A stretch of 64,000 nt of DNA from Paramecium tetraurelia. Taxonomy: Eukaryota. Under the pieces are notes generated by a model. The model did not search any database and had not been told where the DNA came from. It saw only the letters and a list, made by a program, of their open reading frames with translations. The stretch is taken from positions 620,001 to 684,000 of the forward strand of contig CT867985.1 of assembly GCA_000165425.1 (NCBI GenBank), read 5' to 3'. Positions 25,639 to 38,542 of this stretch are shown piece after piece (positions within the stretch are counted from its first letter, which is position 1; the number at the start of each line of letters is the position of its first letter). Made by a program: the position numbers and the translations under genes.

Positions 25639-27256
25639 ATGAATAATGATAATAATAATAATCCAAACAACAACAACAACAACCAGCATAACTTTCTCTC
25701 GCCATTTCCTCATCCACTTTAAGAACTAGAGTCATTTTTAGAGATAGGATCCTAGTTTTAATTAAACTAATTTCTAAACTTCTATTCCTTTGGAGATTAG
25801 CGAGGAAGATCATTTTTACCGATAAGTGGCTTTCCTTCGAGGCCCTCTAATTAGGATGATGAAATTATGTTTTACTTTTAAAATCAAAATAGACGAGAAC
25901 CCTCATCTCCAAGGTTAAAATTTTAATAAATTCAGATAAAAGAACTCCAACCTCGATAAATATATGTAAAAGCGAACGATTCCAATTCAGAATGAGGAAT
26001 TAAACAAAAATGAACCCTACATAAAAGTTACTGTGTTGAGAAATATAAACTACCCAAATACAAATCATTCAAATGAATACTTCATAAATTAACATGGGTA
26101 AATTTTACAAGGAATTTTTAGTCTCATAGGCTCTCATAAGATTGCTGACTCTGAGGACATCCTTATAGGAAGATCTCATCGAACAGATGTCTATCCAAAT
26201 GATATAAGTAAGAACTCATCATCTAAGCTTTTAGCCCTTCCAGAAGATAGAATAATCTCAAGAATTCATTGTAAATTAGTCTGCAAACACTACTTCAGAA
26301 AAGAACAAAAAATTAAACTCATCTACAAATTAGCAATTTAAAGCATACGAACTTCATCCAATTCCTCATTGCCTAAAAGAGCCTTATCGATTATTTCTTA
26401 ATTTTTGGAGTACATTTATTTACTAATTTTTAGATGTCCAAGACATGCCTACGTTTAAGATTTAGGTAGTTTGTGTGGAACTCTTTTTAAAATTTAAAAA
26501 CATGAACCCAATATTATGAAATATGATTAAAAGTATAGTATTGGCAGTGATACAAATTTTAATGTCCAACATTGTGAATCTTATAACGAGAAAGGAATTG
26601 AAATAGATGATAATTTCTATAGGTTGTTAAGAAAATTCAATCGTCCAAAGGTAGGCAAACATGAAATTCATTTTAATGATTAATCAATATTCCAAAAGTT
26701 TTAGAGGATAAATCCATAAGATGATGATAGCGAAGATACAAAAACTAGACCTGAAGATTTCTATTATAAGCTCAAAGAATACAAAGTAGCCTTTATTTCT
26801 ATCAAATTCAATGGTTCTGGCATTGATAACGGAAAACATAATAACATTTTTATTCATCTAGAAAATTCGGATTCCATCGAATTTTAAATAGGAAGAGGAT
26901 AAGAAAACAATGTCAAAATCAATTCCAACACTATATCAAGGAAATAAAGCAGATTTAAATATTCAAAAAGGTATAGTTGCCAATTATTTTAGCCTGAAAT
27001 CATGGGTAATTTTTGATGGATCCAAAGATAGAGATTCAGCAAATGGCACTTGGGTTTTTTTATCAACAACAGATTAAGCAGAAAAGAAACAAGAATCAGA
27101 TTTAATTGTCTTAAAAAACAATGCAGAAATAAAAATTAGTGAATTTATTCTGAAAATTGAAATGTTTTAAGGAAAGTAAGAAATTATATGTTAATTTTTA
27201 TTAGGAAATAAAGTAAAATTAATTAGTAATTACTAAATGAACTAAAAGGTGAATGA
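25639..27256 (+). CDS. Tandem FHA-domain protein
   Basis: FHA1 ILIGRS...ISRIHC...DLGSLCGT; FHA2 FQIGRG...ISRKQS...DSANGTW; poly-Asn N-terminus; several introns. Confidence 0.85.
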
Positions 27257-27552
27257 TTTAAAATAATTATACATATTCATATAAACAATAACTTAAATAT
27301 TACAATTTAATACTTCTTCACCCTTACTTTTAGTCATCTAAAAATCAGTTTAAAATGACAATATTTAAAATCTTGATTTATAATTTATTATTTGGTTTTA
27401 CCCTCCTTATTGATGACACCCTTAACTCTTAAAGTTATCTACATTTTTATATAATTTTAGATTTTAAAACTTACAAATTAAATACTCCTACAAAGATTTG
27501 GACCTGATATTGCAAAATTTGCCAAAAGAAATATTAAATTTATAATTTATTA

Positions 27553-28980
27553 ATGAATTTTTTATCTCTTATTGATCTGTTTGGAGTGGAGTTGAGATAA
27601 TAAATTAGCCTTAACGTCAAAAGCCAAAAATCTAAATTAGGAGGAATTATATCTCTTTTTATTTTAGCAGCTAGTTTAGGTTATTTAGCATACATTATGA
27701 ATGAGTGGATTTCCTTTCGCTTACTTCCCAAGTCAACAAACACAATGAAAGCCAATTTGGCTTCTGAATTATAATACGATGAAGATCAAAAGTTATTTGA
27801 ATTTTTTTATTGGAAGTACCAAGATTAATAAATTGATCCATTTAACTAATAAAATAACATTCTCACTCCGTTGGGTATTAATTTTGAAAATGGTTTCCCC
27901 TCAGCAATATTTTCTTTTCTATCTCAGAATGAATCAATTTCTTATTATGGAACAAAAAAATTTGGATTAAATCAGTTTACGTTGTCTCAAAACAGTAATG
28001 GCTCGTCCTTAGAAAATGTGAGAGAATTAATGCTTGTATTAGTTAGATGTGAGAAAAAATATTTAACTGGAAATTAGAGCTGTGCAAGCGAAGAGGAAAT
28101 TGATAATTTTTTTGATTCTGCTGTGAATTTTATTGCATTCTAGATTCATTTACAATAATTTAATTCAGAAACCTAAGAATTCGAATTCATTAAAAAGTCA
28201 TACTATTTTTCTATAGACAAAGTAATTTCTTCTTAAAGTTAAGTATTCCTCAAGCAAACCTAGGCTTATATTGACAATGGTGTTTTATTAGGGTCTATAG
28301 AATAAGAAACCTTTGTACAAGATGCTAATATATTGACAACATCTGCTTCTATAAATTTCTGGCAAAAAATTCTAGGTATGGACACTTACCTTAATATGAT
28401 TTTTCGCCTTGATCCTGTATCTCAGGAATTAAAGATAGTGTATCCTAAACTTGGGGAGGTTTTAGCATAAGTGGGTTCAATTGCCAATATTCTTCTGTTG
28501 TTGAGGTATGTAATACTCTACTACAATGAGAAATTATTAGAATATAATTTTATAGATTAGGTTTTGAGCTTTTATTTCACTGATTATCAATAAATCAAAA
28601 ACTCCAAAGTAAATTATGATAAAAAAGCTTGTGCAGTTTTGGTCGAGTAGGCTTAAAAACGACTTGTTTATATTAATATCATATATGAACTGTCAAGAAT
28701 ATAATTGTTCTTGCAGTATCACTTTGGACGTAAAAAGTTATAAGAAAGTCATTCAATGGGCATTCTATTAAAGCCGCCCAATAAAAACTTAAACTAAGAT
28801 TTAGAGTAAGCATTGGCGTAATGTTAAGAGGAAAATTTAGATGATGAAAATCAAACTTTTCATATTAAAGACTTTTTCTTATTGAGCTAACCAAAAAACA
28901 AGTAGAAGTAAGTAGAAGAATAATCTGTTCGTTAGTATGATCCGATAGCTGCTCAGCAAATAAATTCTTAGATTAAATGA
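27553..28980 (+). CDS. Two-transmembrane protein with a large ectodomain (ciliate-expanded family)
   Basis: Intronless 476-codon ORF; IDLFG...SKLGGIISLFILAASLGYLAYIM (TM1); Cys pair in the loop; YPKLGEVLAQVGSIANILLLL (TM2). Confidence 0.8.
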
Positions 28981-29075
28981 TGTATTAAAGATGAGATGTC
29001 AAGCAATATTTTATATTGTATATATACATTAGAAACATTAATTGTTCTAGTTTGTAATTTATATTAGATAATTTA

Positions 29076-29834
29076 ATGGGTAACTTTTGTAAAAAAGAAC
29101 AAAATCCAAATAGTTCTTATAGATCGTCAATTTCCTATGAACCAAGAAAAGGAATCTGTATAAAAGAGGGCGTGAATGAGCAGTGTATGTTTGATCGGCA
29201 CAAAACTCTTTTGGTACCAAGTGTGAGTACAATGATCATCAAAGAAGAACTTGGTAAAGAGACAGGTACATCGAACCCAGATGAAAGTTTAATCAAAGAC
29301 AGTCATTTAACTTCTTGTACATCAAATTTGAGAAAGAGTTCTATAAGCAATAACACAATCTAATTGTTAAATGTAAATTTTAAAGGATACCTCCACTCTC
29401 ACAGAATTCGATATCCCAATTCTCGATTGAATGAAGTGATCTGTTGCTAAGAGTGTGGTAATGATTATGACAATTGGTCTGTCGAAAATGTAGATGAGAA
29501 TTTAATTAAAGTACTCATTTAGCTTTTAAAGTGATAGTTATATCATCCTCTAACTAAATGTTACTTAAAGGTTCAACAAAACAGTAACAATGGCTATATC
29601 AATGTGGGTGGAAGTGAAAATGGGGATGTTTGGCAAATTGAAAAATTCAAAGACAACATAAGTAAAATCTACTACTATTGTTTAGGAATACGACACTTAG
29701 ACTCTGGGTAATATTTGTAAACAAATGCCAACTTATGCAATTCTGAAGGTTTATTTGTAGTTTCTTTACTAAGTATTGATTCTGGTAAGCCTGAAGATAC
29801 TTGCACTCTTTGGAAAGCAATTGAAATTCAATGA
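29076..29834 (+). CDS. MIR/beta-trefoil-like domain protein with N-terminal MGxxC acylation motif
   Basis: MGNFC; three MIR-like units GYLHSHRIRYP...EVIC...NWSVE, LYHPLTKCYL...WQIE and IRHLDSGQYL...LWK; 27-nt intron 29511-29537. Confidence 0.7.
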
Positions 29835-29863
29835 TAATGTTTTATTAATATCAAAAGTTGGTT

Positions 29864-30251
29864 TCAACTTCTTCTCATTCTTCTGTCTCTTTTTGATGGA
29901 TCCTATCCGTTTCCTACACAATTTTAATCTTAATATGTATAAATGTTAGGGAATGGTTATTTATCCTCGGCTTTTCTATTCTCTTCTGTCAAGTGATCAG
30001 CGAATTTCTAAGAAATATGAGAGTTCTAATTACTGATAAATGTTTTCTTGCTTGGTTAGCCGATGTTTCCTCCTTTTTCTATCCCCCCAAATCAGTGTTA
30101 GGTAGGCAGGATTCGCCTTACAGATATATAAAATCATACCTGGTTTCATAGTTAAATTGTGACCCAGTTGATGTTTGCTGTGTCTTAAATGTTAATGTTT
30201 GGCTTGAATAACAAAAACAACTAATAATATGAGAATTATTTGTTTAATCAT
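29864..30251 (-). CDS. Small secreted protein (about 112 aa)
   Basis: Signal peptide MIKQIILILLVVFVIQA; two GT-AG introns; ends KRDRRMRRS then TGA. Confidence 0.65.
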
Positions 30252-30275
30252 TAATATATATATTATTATTCTTAA

Positions 30276-31410
30276 TCAATTTAAAATGCAGCTCTCGTAT
30301 GTTGGTATCATGTACTTTATGTTTATGTAAGCATCCTATTAAATAATCCATCAAACACTTACTTCTCCTCCTGTTTATTCAAAAAGTTCAAGTGTTTCCT
30401 ATATTAAATCCCCAACATTGACTCTCTTCCTTTGATTATACTCAATTTTATCCCCTATATTTGAATTATTGTTTTTATATAAGTTCATTATTGGTAACAA
30501 TTATCTGTAATAAGGTACTAATATATATATATATGTAATGCTCACCTAACGCTTCGCCCACCATTTCTCCACTCAATACAAGTTTCTGTAAAACTTTTAA
30601 TTACACTTCCATAATGTTTATATCTCTTGTGTTTAAATTAGCTATCGAAATAGAAGATTGCTTTTACTTTTAATTGGAATAATCAATTATGGAATTACGG
30701 GCAATATCTTATTACCCCCACTCTCAAGTAAACCATACGTGCCCAAAATGGCTAAGAATCTGTAAGGATCCATTTTTTCCTATTGATTTAATAAAGTGGT
30801 CATACCCTTAATCCATCAAAGAAGATGGGCAAATAATGGTGATAGTCTAATTATTCTGGGGATATCTTCCAGATGATTCTGTTGACACTCCCTTAATGAT
30901 CAACCTATCAATATAACTGTGTATGAGTTACCTTAATTGGTAAATCTCCTCTATCGTAATATCTCCTGAAATCTGAAACTGTAATTGTTCTTTAATCATA
31001 GGCTCCTGCTTTTGGTGGTGCTGGCTTATACTCTTCCTTCTTTAATAATTATGAACTTGTTCTTCCCCCTGTTCCCTAATGAGTCCCTTAATATTTATCT
31101 AAAATGCTAAATCACCATTCTTACTAGTAATCAAGGCATTTTAAGTGGTCTCATGAACAGGTTCCATCACTTTTTGCTTGTTGGCTTTCTCCTTTGGGAT
31201 GTATTCCTTTGGAAAATCCCCAAATGGTGAATGAGGATTCTTGGGAGCATAGGGTGTCTTCCATGCCTTGTAATTCTAAAAGGTTTTGGAATAACAAAAT
31301 ACTTGATTTTCTTGTTTTTTTAGTATATTTTTTAAATGATCTTCGACAATCTATTAAGATGCCAAATTCTCTTTTCTTCCAACTGATTATCCTTATATTT
31401 TGGGTAGCAT
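30276..31410 (-). CDS. PACRG: PACRG (axonemal inner-junction protein) with long N-terminal extension
   Basis: [83 protein letters not shown]. Confidence 0.95.
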
Positions 31411-31467
31411 TTAATTATTTAATTTTTATTTATGCAATAATTCTAAACCTCCATCCTTGATAAAGAC

Positions 31468-32489
31468 ATGCTTTTGTAAACTGATGGTTCTCTCTATGTA
31501 GGAACCATTATTAGAGGAAATCTCCAAGGCTTTGGTTTGCTAATAAACCCCGACGGATGTAAATAACAACCAATATAATTTAGCATATTATTATGGGGAA
31601 TTCAAAGACTCTGAGCCAATTAACATTGGAATCTACAAGTTGTAGAATTCGTGTATTAAATTGCATTTTGATGACAATTCAAATTTGATCGACTCTGAGA
31701 ATATACATAATAAAAGTTTCCTCTATAAAGTAATCCCTTTTAAAAACAACTCCTATGGCGATAAAATACTAATCAAAAGGTTTACTAACATGATAACCTA
31801 CGGACTCACAAAGAAAGGGGAATATGATGGGTTCTGCGTTCAGCATTACAAAAATGGAGATACCTTCTATGGGTAAATAATTAAAGGTAAGAGAGAAGGC
31901 GATGCCATTGAATTCAAAAGTAAAAAATAATAATGGTTCTGGCTAATCTACAAGGAAGACGTCGTATAATAATAAAAGTTTTATGGAGACAATTTTGTGC
32001 CAAGAGATTTAATTAGTAATTATACCTTTTGATTTAATTTTAGCTGAATTATTTGGTTAGATACATAACAAAATACCCAATCACTCTCGAGTTGTGTCAT
32101 TAGCTAACATTCAATTTAATATTAATAATATAATTCTTAATATGAATCTGGAAAATTCAATTAAAGAAGAAGTGGAAAAGGGTGAAAACAAGGGAGCCCG
32201 ATAGTTTGCAAACTCATTCGAAGAAGATTAAGTGCAATTTGATGATAACGAATAATTCAAAGAACTCTAAGAGTTTCAGAATGATAATTTGAGCAAACTC
32301 ACTCAAACAGAAATCGAATAAGCTAAAATTAGAATTGGCAGAAGCACAAGTTGCTTAGTTAGTTCTACTGATAATCCTTAATGTACTTCGAATATTAGAG
32401 ACATGGTCAAAACAAAAATCATAATTAAACGATCTACTTCTCCCATACTAACTACAATTAGACCCTTATTTTCTGTGATAAGAGTTTGA
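31468..32489 (+). CDS. MORN-repeat-like protein
   Basis: DGSLYVGTIIRGNLQGFG, DGSYYYGEFKD, NGDTFYGQIIKGKREGDA; TGA 32487-32489. Confidence 0.75.
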
Positions 32490-32580
32490 ATATTTATTAT
32501 TGAGTGTTTTCTTGTTTGTCTAAATTTTATTATAAAAAGACTAAGGTATACTTTTCCTTATTAATATTACATAAATAATT

Positions 32581-33679
32581 ATGTTCAAAGTCAAGATTCT
32601 CCAATTATTTGATTCCTTTGTATTAAATACAGTCGGGCCATACTATAGGAGAATTGGAAAAAGCCTCCTCTCACAAGGAAATGATATCCTTGGAAGCGAA
32701 GCCAGCGATGATCGTTTAGTGTAGTGTTTGAGAAAAGTGCAAGCTAATGGTTAAACTCCATAAATCAGTGAAGCATTATTTACTGCCCCTAATTCAGTTT
32801 TAGTTGGAAATGTTATTTTAAAGCAGAAGTATTATTAGAAATGTTCATCGTTAGCTCCTCTGTCTGGTATGGTGCCACTTTGCGTGCTGATTAAAATGCT
32901 ATAACAGTGGGCAAAAATGCCTTAATACAAGATAATGTCTATGTCAGGGCAACATAACCAGTGACTTTAGGAAATAACTCTTACGTAGGACCAAATTCAA
33001 ATTTATAAGGTTGTTTAATTGGTGATGATGCATTTATTGGAATGGGATCAACAATTAAATAAGGTGCTTCTGTCTAAGGAATTGTCGCAGCAGGATCTCT
33101 TGTACCAGAAGGCACTCAAATTAAATAAGGAGAGGTTTGGGCTGGGTCTCCTGCCAAATATTTAAGAGATATCACACCTCAAGAATTGCAAATCCTTAGA
33201 GAATATAAATAGGAATTATTGGAATTAGCATAAGTTCATGGTGAAGAAACTTCAAAGAGTTTCAGACAAGTATTTTCAATGTTCATCTTAGGTTGTCATT
33301 GACACAGATGAGAGACTAATAAAATAATAAAGAGGAACTGAAGAGGAGGCTCTTTAAAAAGTAGCTGAGTTGAATTTCCCTCTGGAATATGAGGATGAAG
33401 AATTCATCGAATAGAGAGTGTTTATGAAATAATAACCACCAATGTTTATGGACTCTGAAAATCTTTTTAGTCAACAAGAGCAATATGAATAAGATCTAAG
33501 TTAATTTTCTGAAAGTATTCATAAATCCCAATCTCCTAGATATGTAAAAATATGGCGAAGATTACTAAATTTATGAAGAGGCTAAGAAGTACTTTGAGTA
33601 AAACCCATAAGCTAAAGCCAATCAATTCCAACCAAAATCTGAAATCCCTGATGACAAACCTTGGAGCAGGAAATATTGA
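32581..33679 (+). CDS. Gamma-carbonic-anhydrase-like protein (probable mitochondrial complex I subunit)
   Basis: APNSVLVGNV, SSVWYGATLRAD, IQDN, GCLIGDDAFIGMGS, VAAGSLVPEGTQI, GEVWAGSPAKYLR hexapeptide beta-helix. Confidence 0.92.
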
Positions 33680-35057
33680 TTTATTAAACATCAAATAAAA
33701 TTACATCAAAACTCTTTATATTTGCTAGATTATATCATCTATACTAAAATCGGCATTTAAATACTATTTAGAATGTACAATTTATTTAATAATTTATTTA
33801 TTAAACTAATGATGAATATAAAAGGCCGAGTTTTAATTTTAAATAATAGTAGAAGCAATTCTCTATTATTTAGAATATGACATAAATTTTCGGAGGGTAT
33901 AACAATTATCGCTGAGTAATACAATAATATCACTATTAATTGATTCATTTTGAATATGTCTTCTCTTTTTTCATTATTCATGATTCACTATTTGTTTTAG
34001 ATTCTTAATGCAGATTAGTGAACAACAAAGCCCTAGTAAAATAAAAATTTACAGATATCTTTAACAATTTCAAGTAAATATATAAAATTAGAAATAAATA
34101 TTTATTGAATAGAATTTTTAGTCTTTTTATAATTACAAACACCCACTAGTGATTTTATAGGGCATAAAAAGTAAAATTGTAATAATAATATTTACTTATT
34201 TCTTATTATTAATGCAATATTGTTATTATTATCAGTTTATATTAGTTCGGAATAATTAGGATGATCGATGTTGATAAATAAATAAAGTAATACTCAGGAA
34301 TGATACAAATCTACGTTAGTTAGTACTTGAGATGATTTTTCTATTCCTCAATTTTAAGTTTTTGAAAAAAAAACAGAAAAATAATTTAATCTTGCTTACA
34401 TGCTTTAGACAAAAAAAAGAGCAAGAATATGCCACAAATACATATAAAAAATAGAAAGAATTAATCAATTTTTGCATTTTCTTAAGAAAAAAAAAATCAT
34501 CAGATTGTTTGATTATATTATCAGAAACTTAGTATTATATCAGAGAGCAGTCAGTTTTTAGTAACAGAAAGAGAATTTTTATACCTTAATAATGAAAATA
34601 AATGTAAAAAAGTGTTAAAATAAATGAAAAAGCTGATGATTAGAAGCATAATATATTCGTTTGAATAAATTATACATTAAAAACAAATATGGTTATTATA
34701 ATGTATACTAAATAATAACCACAACTAATACAGGATGTTATGTCATGGCAAAATTTCAATATAAAATGTATTTTAAATTTATTATTCTAATTTTTACTTG
34801 CATAAAAAATCTTAGAAATATATTTATTTGTTGATTTTATATCATTGAAAGATCAGAAAAAAAAATAAAATAGTTTTTATTGTTAGAATGTCATCAGAAA
34901 AGGGAGTTTATATTACTAATTAAAAATATGCAGCTATTCCGCAGTCCAATAATGCGAAAAGAGGAATGCATAAATTATATTAGATATCTATTGTATAAAA
35001 AGAGTATACTTGATTTTATTGAGACTATAAGATTAAAATTAGAATATTAAAATATTT

Positions 35058-35712
35058 ATGAATATTATTTTGATTTCCTTAATTGCCTCAATTCAAGCAC
35101 TTCCATTATACTTGGGAATCTTTGCAAATGATTAATCAGAATCGAGAGTTTACATGAGATTAAAAGTATTGGATGCAGTTAAAATATTGATGAATCGCTA
35201 CCCTTAAGATTAAGATGTTTAATGTAAGAAATTAACTAATTAAAGATATGTACTATGAACTAACTAATAATAAAACATACAGATCTCCTCCTAATCTTCA
35301 CATCACAACATTTTATATAGGAGATAATAAAGATGCAGAATAATCAGAGTATTATAAAAATTTCAAAGTAAATCTCCCATAAGAAATGTAAATTTATGCC
35401 GTAGCCTTATTGCCAAAGAGAGTTATCGCATGTGTTGTTAGGAGAGAGGATTATGCAGTGCCTATAGAAAACAAATTCCCTCACATGACAACTTTAGTGG
35501 GAAATTGGACAGCTGTTGATTCTAATATATTCATGGCTAATTTATTTGATGACTATGGACCATTGAATAATATTTATTATAGCTTATTCGAGTAATCAGA
35601 AATAAAAGTTTACAGCACTCTAATAAATGGAAAAGGAGAAAAGAATCTACCTGCATATGTAGTTAAAATGCCATTTAGCATTGATGGATCAACCTAATAT
35701 GGGTTTCAATGA
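35058..35712 (+). CDS. 2H phosphoesterase (CNPase / tRNA-ligase CPDase-like) with predicted signal peptide
   Basis: Two HxT motifs, LHITTFY (35299) and PHMTTLVG (35482), followed by AVDSN; LPLYLGIF after the hydrophobic N-terminus MNIILISLIASIQA; one 22-nt intron. Confidence 0.8.
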
Positions 35713-35748
35713 TTTTTAATTTATAGAAATAATTAGATTTGTTAATTA

Positions 35749-36564
35749 TCATTACAGATTTCTAAACTGTTAAGCCACTTTTTCCATTTCTTAATTATTT
35801 AATGATTTTCCAACCAAATCTATTTTTAAAGGAGCCAAACATGAATCAACGACATCTTATAAATCAATTGAACTATCAACTTTGAATTCATTGAAGATTT
35901 ATCCCACAAATGATTTTTAAGGAATTATTTTTGAAGCATTGTCATGTACGCATTTCCATATTGCCAAATCATATTTTAGAGGAACACTCCACCATCTTTA
36001 AGTTAAACTATAAATGAATCCTGGTCTTACAATGATAGGATTCAGCTATTATTGCTAAAAATGCTAATCTTCATGAATACTTGATAGAGATTCTAAATAT
36101 GTTATTCTACTTCTTATTTGGTGGTTAGGTATCTTTTTAAAAAGGGTGGATGAGCAGAACCGCTCACATAAACAAACTTTACATTTGTATTGATCAATTC
36201 TTTCACAACATTTAAAGCAGTGTCTCTATTCATTTATTCATAAGTCCCTTGATCACCTCTAAATTAGTCAATATGAAATATACGGTTTTTTATTGTTTAA
36301 AACTGATGAGTCGATTAGTGTTCCAATAGTGTGAATTACAATATCACTTTTTTATAAAACATCTTTAAATTCATGTGCTTTCATTGCATCACCTTTAATC
36401 CAGTTTACCTCTCTAGTCCAATTTTATTGGTTTGTTGGTTATCCACTTCTAGAGACTCCATTCACTATTGCCCCATATTATAGAGCATTTTTGATTACAT
36501 TAGATCCTACATATCCAGATGATCCTATAACTGTGATAACCTTGCCACTTAATGGTTTAAACAT
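35749..36564 (-). CDS. Atypical NAD(P)-binding SDR, COQ11/NDUFA9-like
   Basis: GSSGYVGS, VSRSG, VNWIKGD, VIHTIGTL, TYEQMNRDTA, RYLTTKQEVE, IVRPGFIY. Confidence 0.85.
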
Positions 36565-36969
36565 TAAATAATTTAATTAATAATCCTTCATTGTTCTATC
36601 ATTCAGAATTATATTATTCTCAAACTCTTACAAGTTTAATAAATTAATTCTGGTTATAATGAGAAAAAGAGTTATAATATTTATTCATTTTATTGAAGTC
36701 TGATTTATCACTAAATTAAAAGAGCAAAAGTATTTTTTGATGAATAGTTTATAAATAAAATAACGAGAAATATGTTAGTAAAAGGTTTTTCTTATTGAAG
36801 GAATAATTTAGATTAAAATAATAAGATAAAAAATGGAACTAATCAATTTAATACTGATAAAGGGAATATACTAATTATATAAATAGGTCAAATAAAAATA
36901 ATATATTAAAAATTAGATGAAAATTCATTTTGTATATGGGATTTTTTGAAAACATTATTAATCAATACA

Positions 36970-38542
36970 TCATTTATAATTATGAGGTGTAACCATGAAG
37001 TTAACTAAACCAGTCTCCTGATCCTTTTTATACTTTCTAAATGCACTTGGACTGTAACCACCAATTCCGAATTTACTTGTTGGGGATTTGTAATCCTTTT
37101 AAATTTCAAAAGCCTCTCCAATATTGATTTCCAAATCTGAATCTTGTGAGACCTATTAGTTATATATATATTTATCGGCATTGGCATCTAAGATTGATTT
37201 AGAAGTTTACTTATTTTTTGCTATAATTACTAGGCAATGCTATCAAGGTTTTTCTCTCTGCATTAAGTGTAAGGTTTGGTGATGACAATAGGAACAAAAT
37301 TAGATTTACTCAAGGGATTATTATCATCATGCAAGCCTAATTCTTCATGATATGGATTAGTGGGTTTTTAAAAGAATATCTGTCTGGGAGTCAAAACAGG
37401 GAAGGCTGGAGTCATTTGCTGATTGTTGGGACTATTGGTTCCCTGATAATCATAGATGTATTGTTAATGATAATTGTTGGAGGACTATTGCTATAGGTTT
37501 ATTAGGATAGTCGTACTTCTTCATTGTCCTGTTGGATTTCGAATTCATCACGAATGATATTGAAGAGAGGACCTTTTTTGGTTCTGATGCATATATCTAT
37601 GTAATCTTCTTTATCAATGTGCTATAGATGAGATGAAAATTCTACCACTTTCTTTTTTGCATTTAGTCTAGAAGATCTCTTCAAAGGAACGTAATTACTA
37701 ACTTCTTCGTATTTGTAATCACTAGTATAATCATCGTCGTCATCGTCATCATCTATTCTGCTTTTTCTCTTCTTGTGGTTTTTCTTCTTTAATTTTAATC
37801 TGCTTTCTCTTTGCTTTGTGTAAAGAGCACTGAGGATAATTGCAAGAAATACTTGAATTCCATAATTTTGTCAATTAATTGCTTGAATTTCTCCTCATTG
37901 AATTGATTAATGTGAGATTTCTACTTGGATTAAGCGAATTCTAAGATGGAGTCCTGTAATCCTTTGCATGCCTAACATAACTTCTTCATGTGATCATCTT
38001 TTAGTTCAGATGGGTTTTTTTCTGCGAGTATAAAAATCTTAGACAAGACTCCTGGCTTGATATCCTTGATCTGTTGGGTACCCTTTTCTTTGCTAAATAT
38101 ATAATCATGCGGATTACTATTCTTGTCTCCAATGAGTTTATTGATTCTCCTAAGACTTCTCCTTAAAGTAGAGTAGAAATGATTTTTGATTGCATTATCT
38201 GTTCTCCCAGGTAGCAGTTTCGCAATTTCTGCCTAATTATTTATTTAACTATTTTCATACCCACTTATTGCCATGTTCTTTGTGTGCGACAAAGATCACT
38301 CTTTCTTCATTTTCACTCCAAGGCTCTTTATTAATTGTTGGATCAAGATGATTATGATACCGTTCTCTACATTATTTTCCAGACCTTCCGAAAAGTCCAT
38401 AAACTTCTTTCATCTTTTCTGCCACAATTGTCCACTTCTTTATCCCATACTACTTAACTAATTATAGAATCGCCATGTCTTCCTAAAATAGAGCAATCTT
38501 AAGGTTACATACTTTTTAATTCCAAGCCTTTCTATCTGTCAT
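36970..38542 (-). CDS. R2R3-MYB transcription factor
   Basis: WNQKED...YGIKKWTIVA...RSGKQCRERYHNHLDP...W...GNKW...LLPGRTDNAIKNHFYS. Confidence 0.93.
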
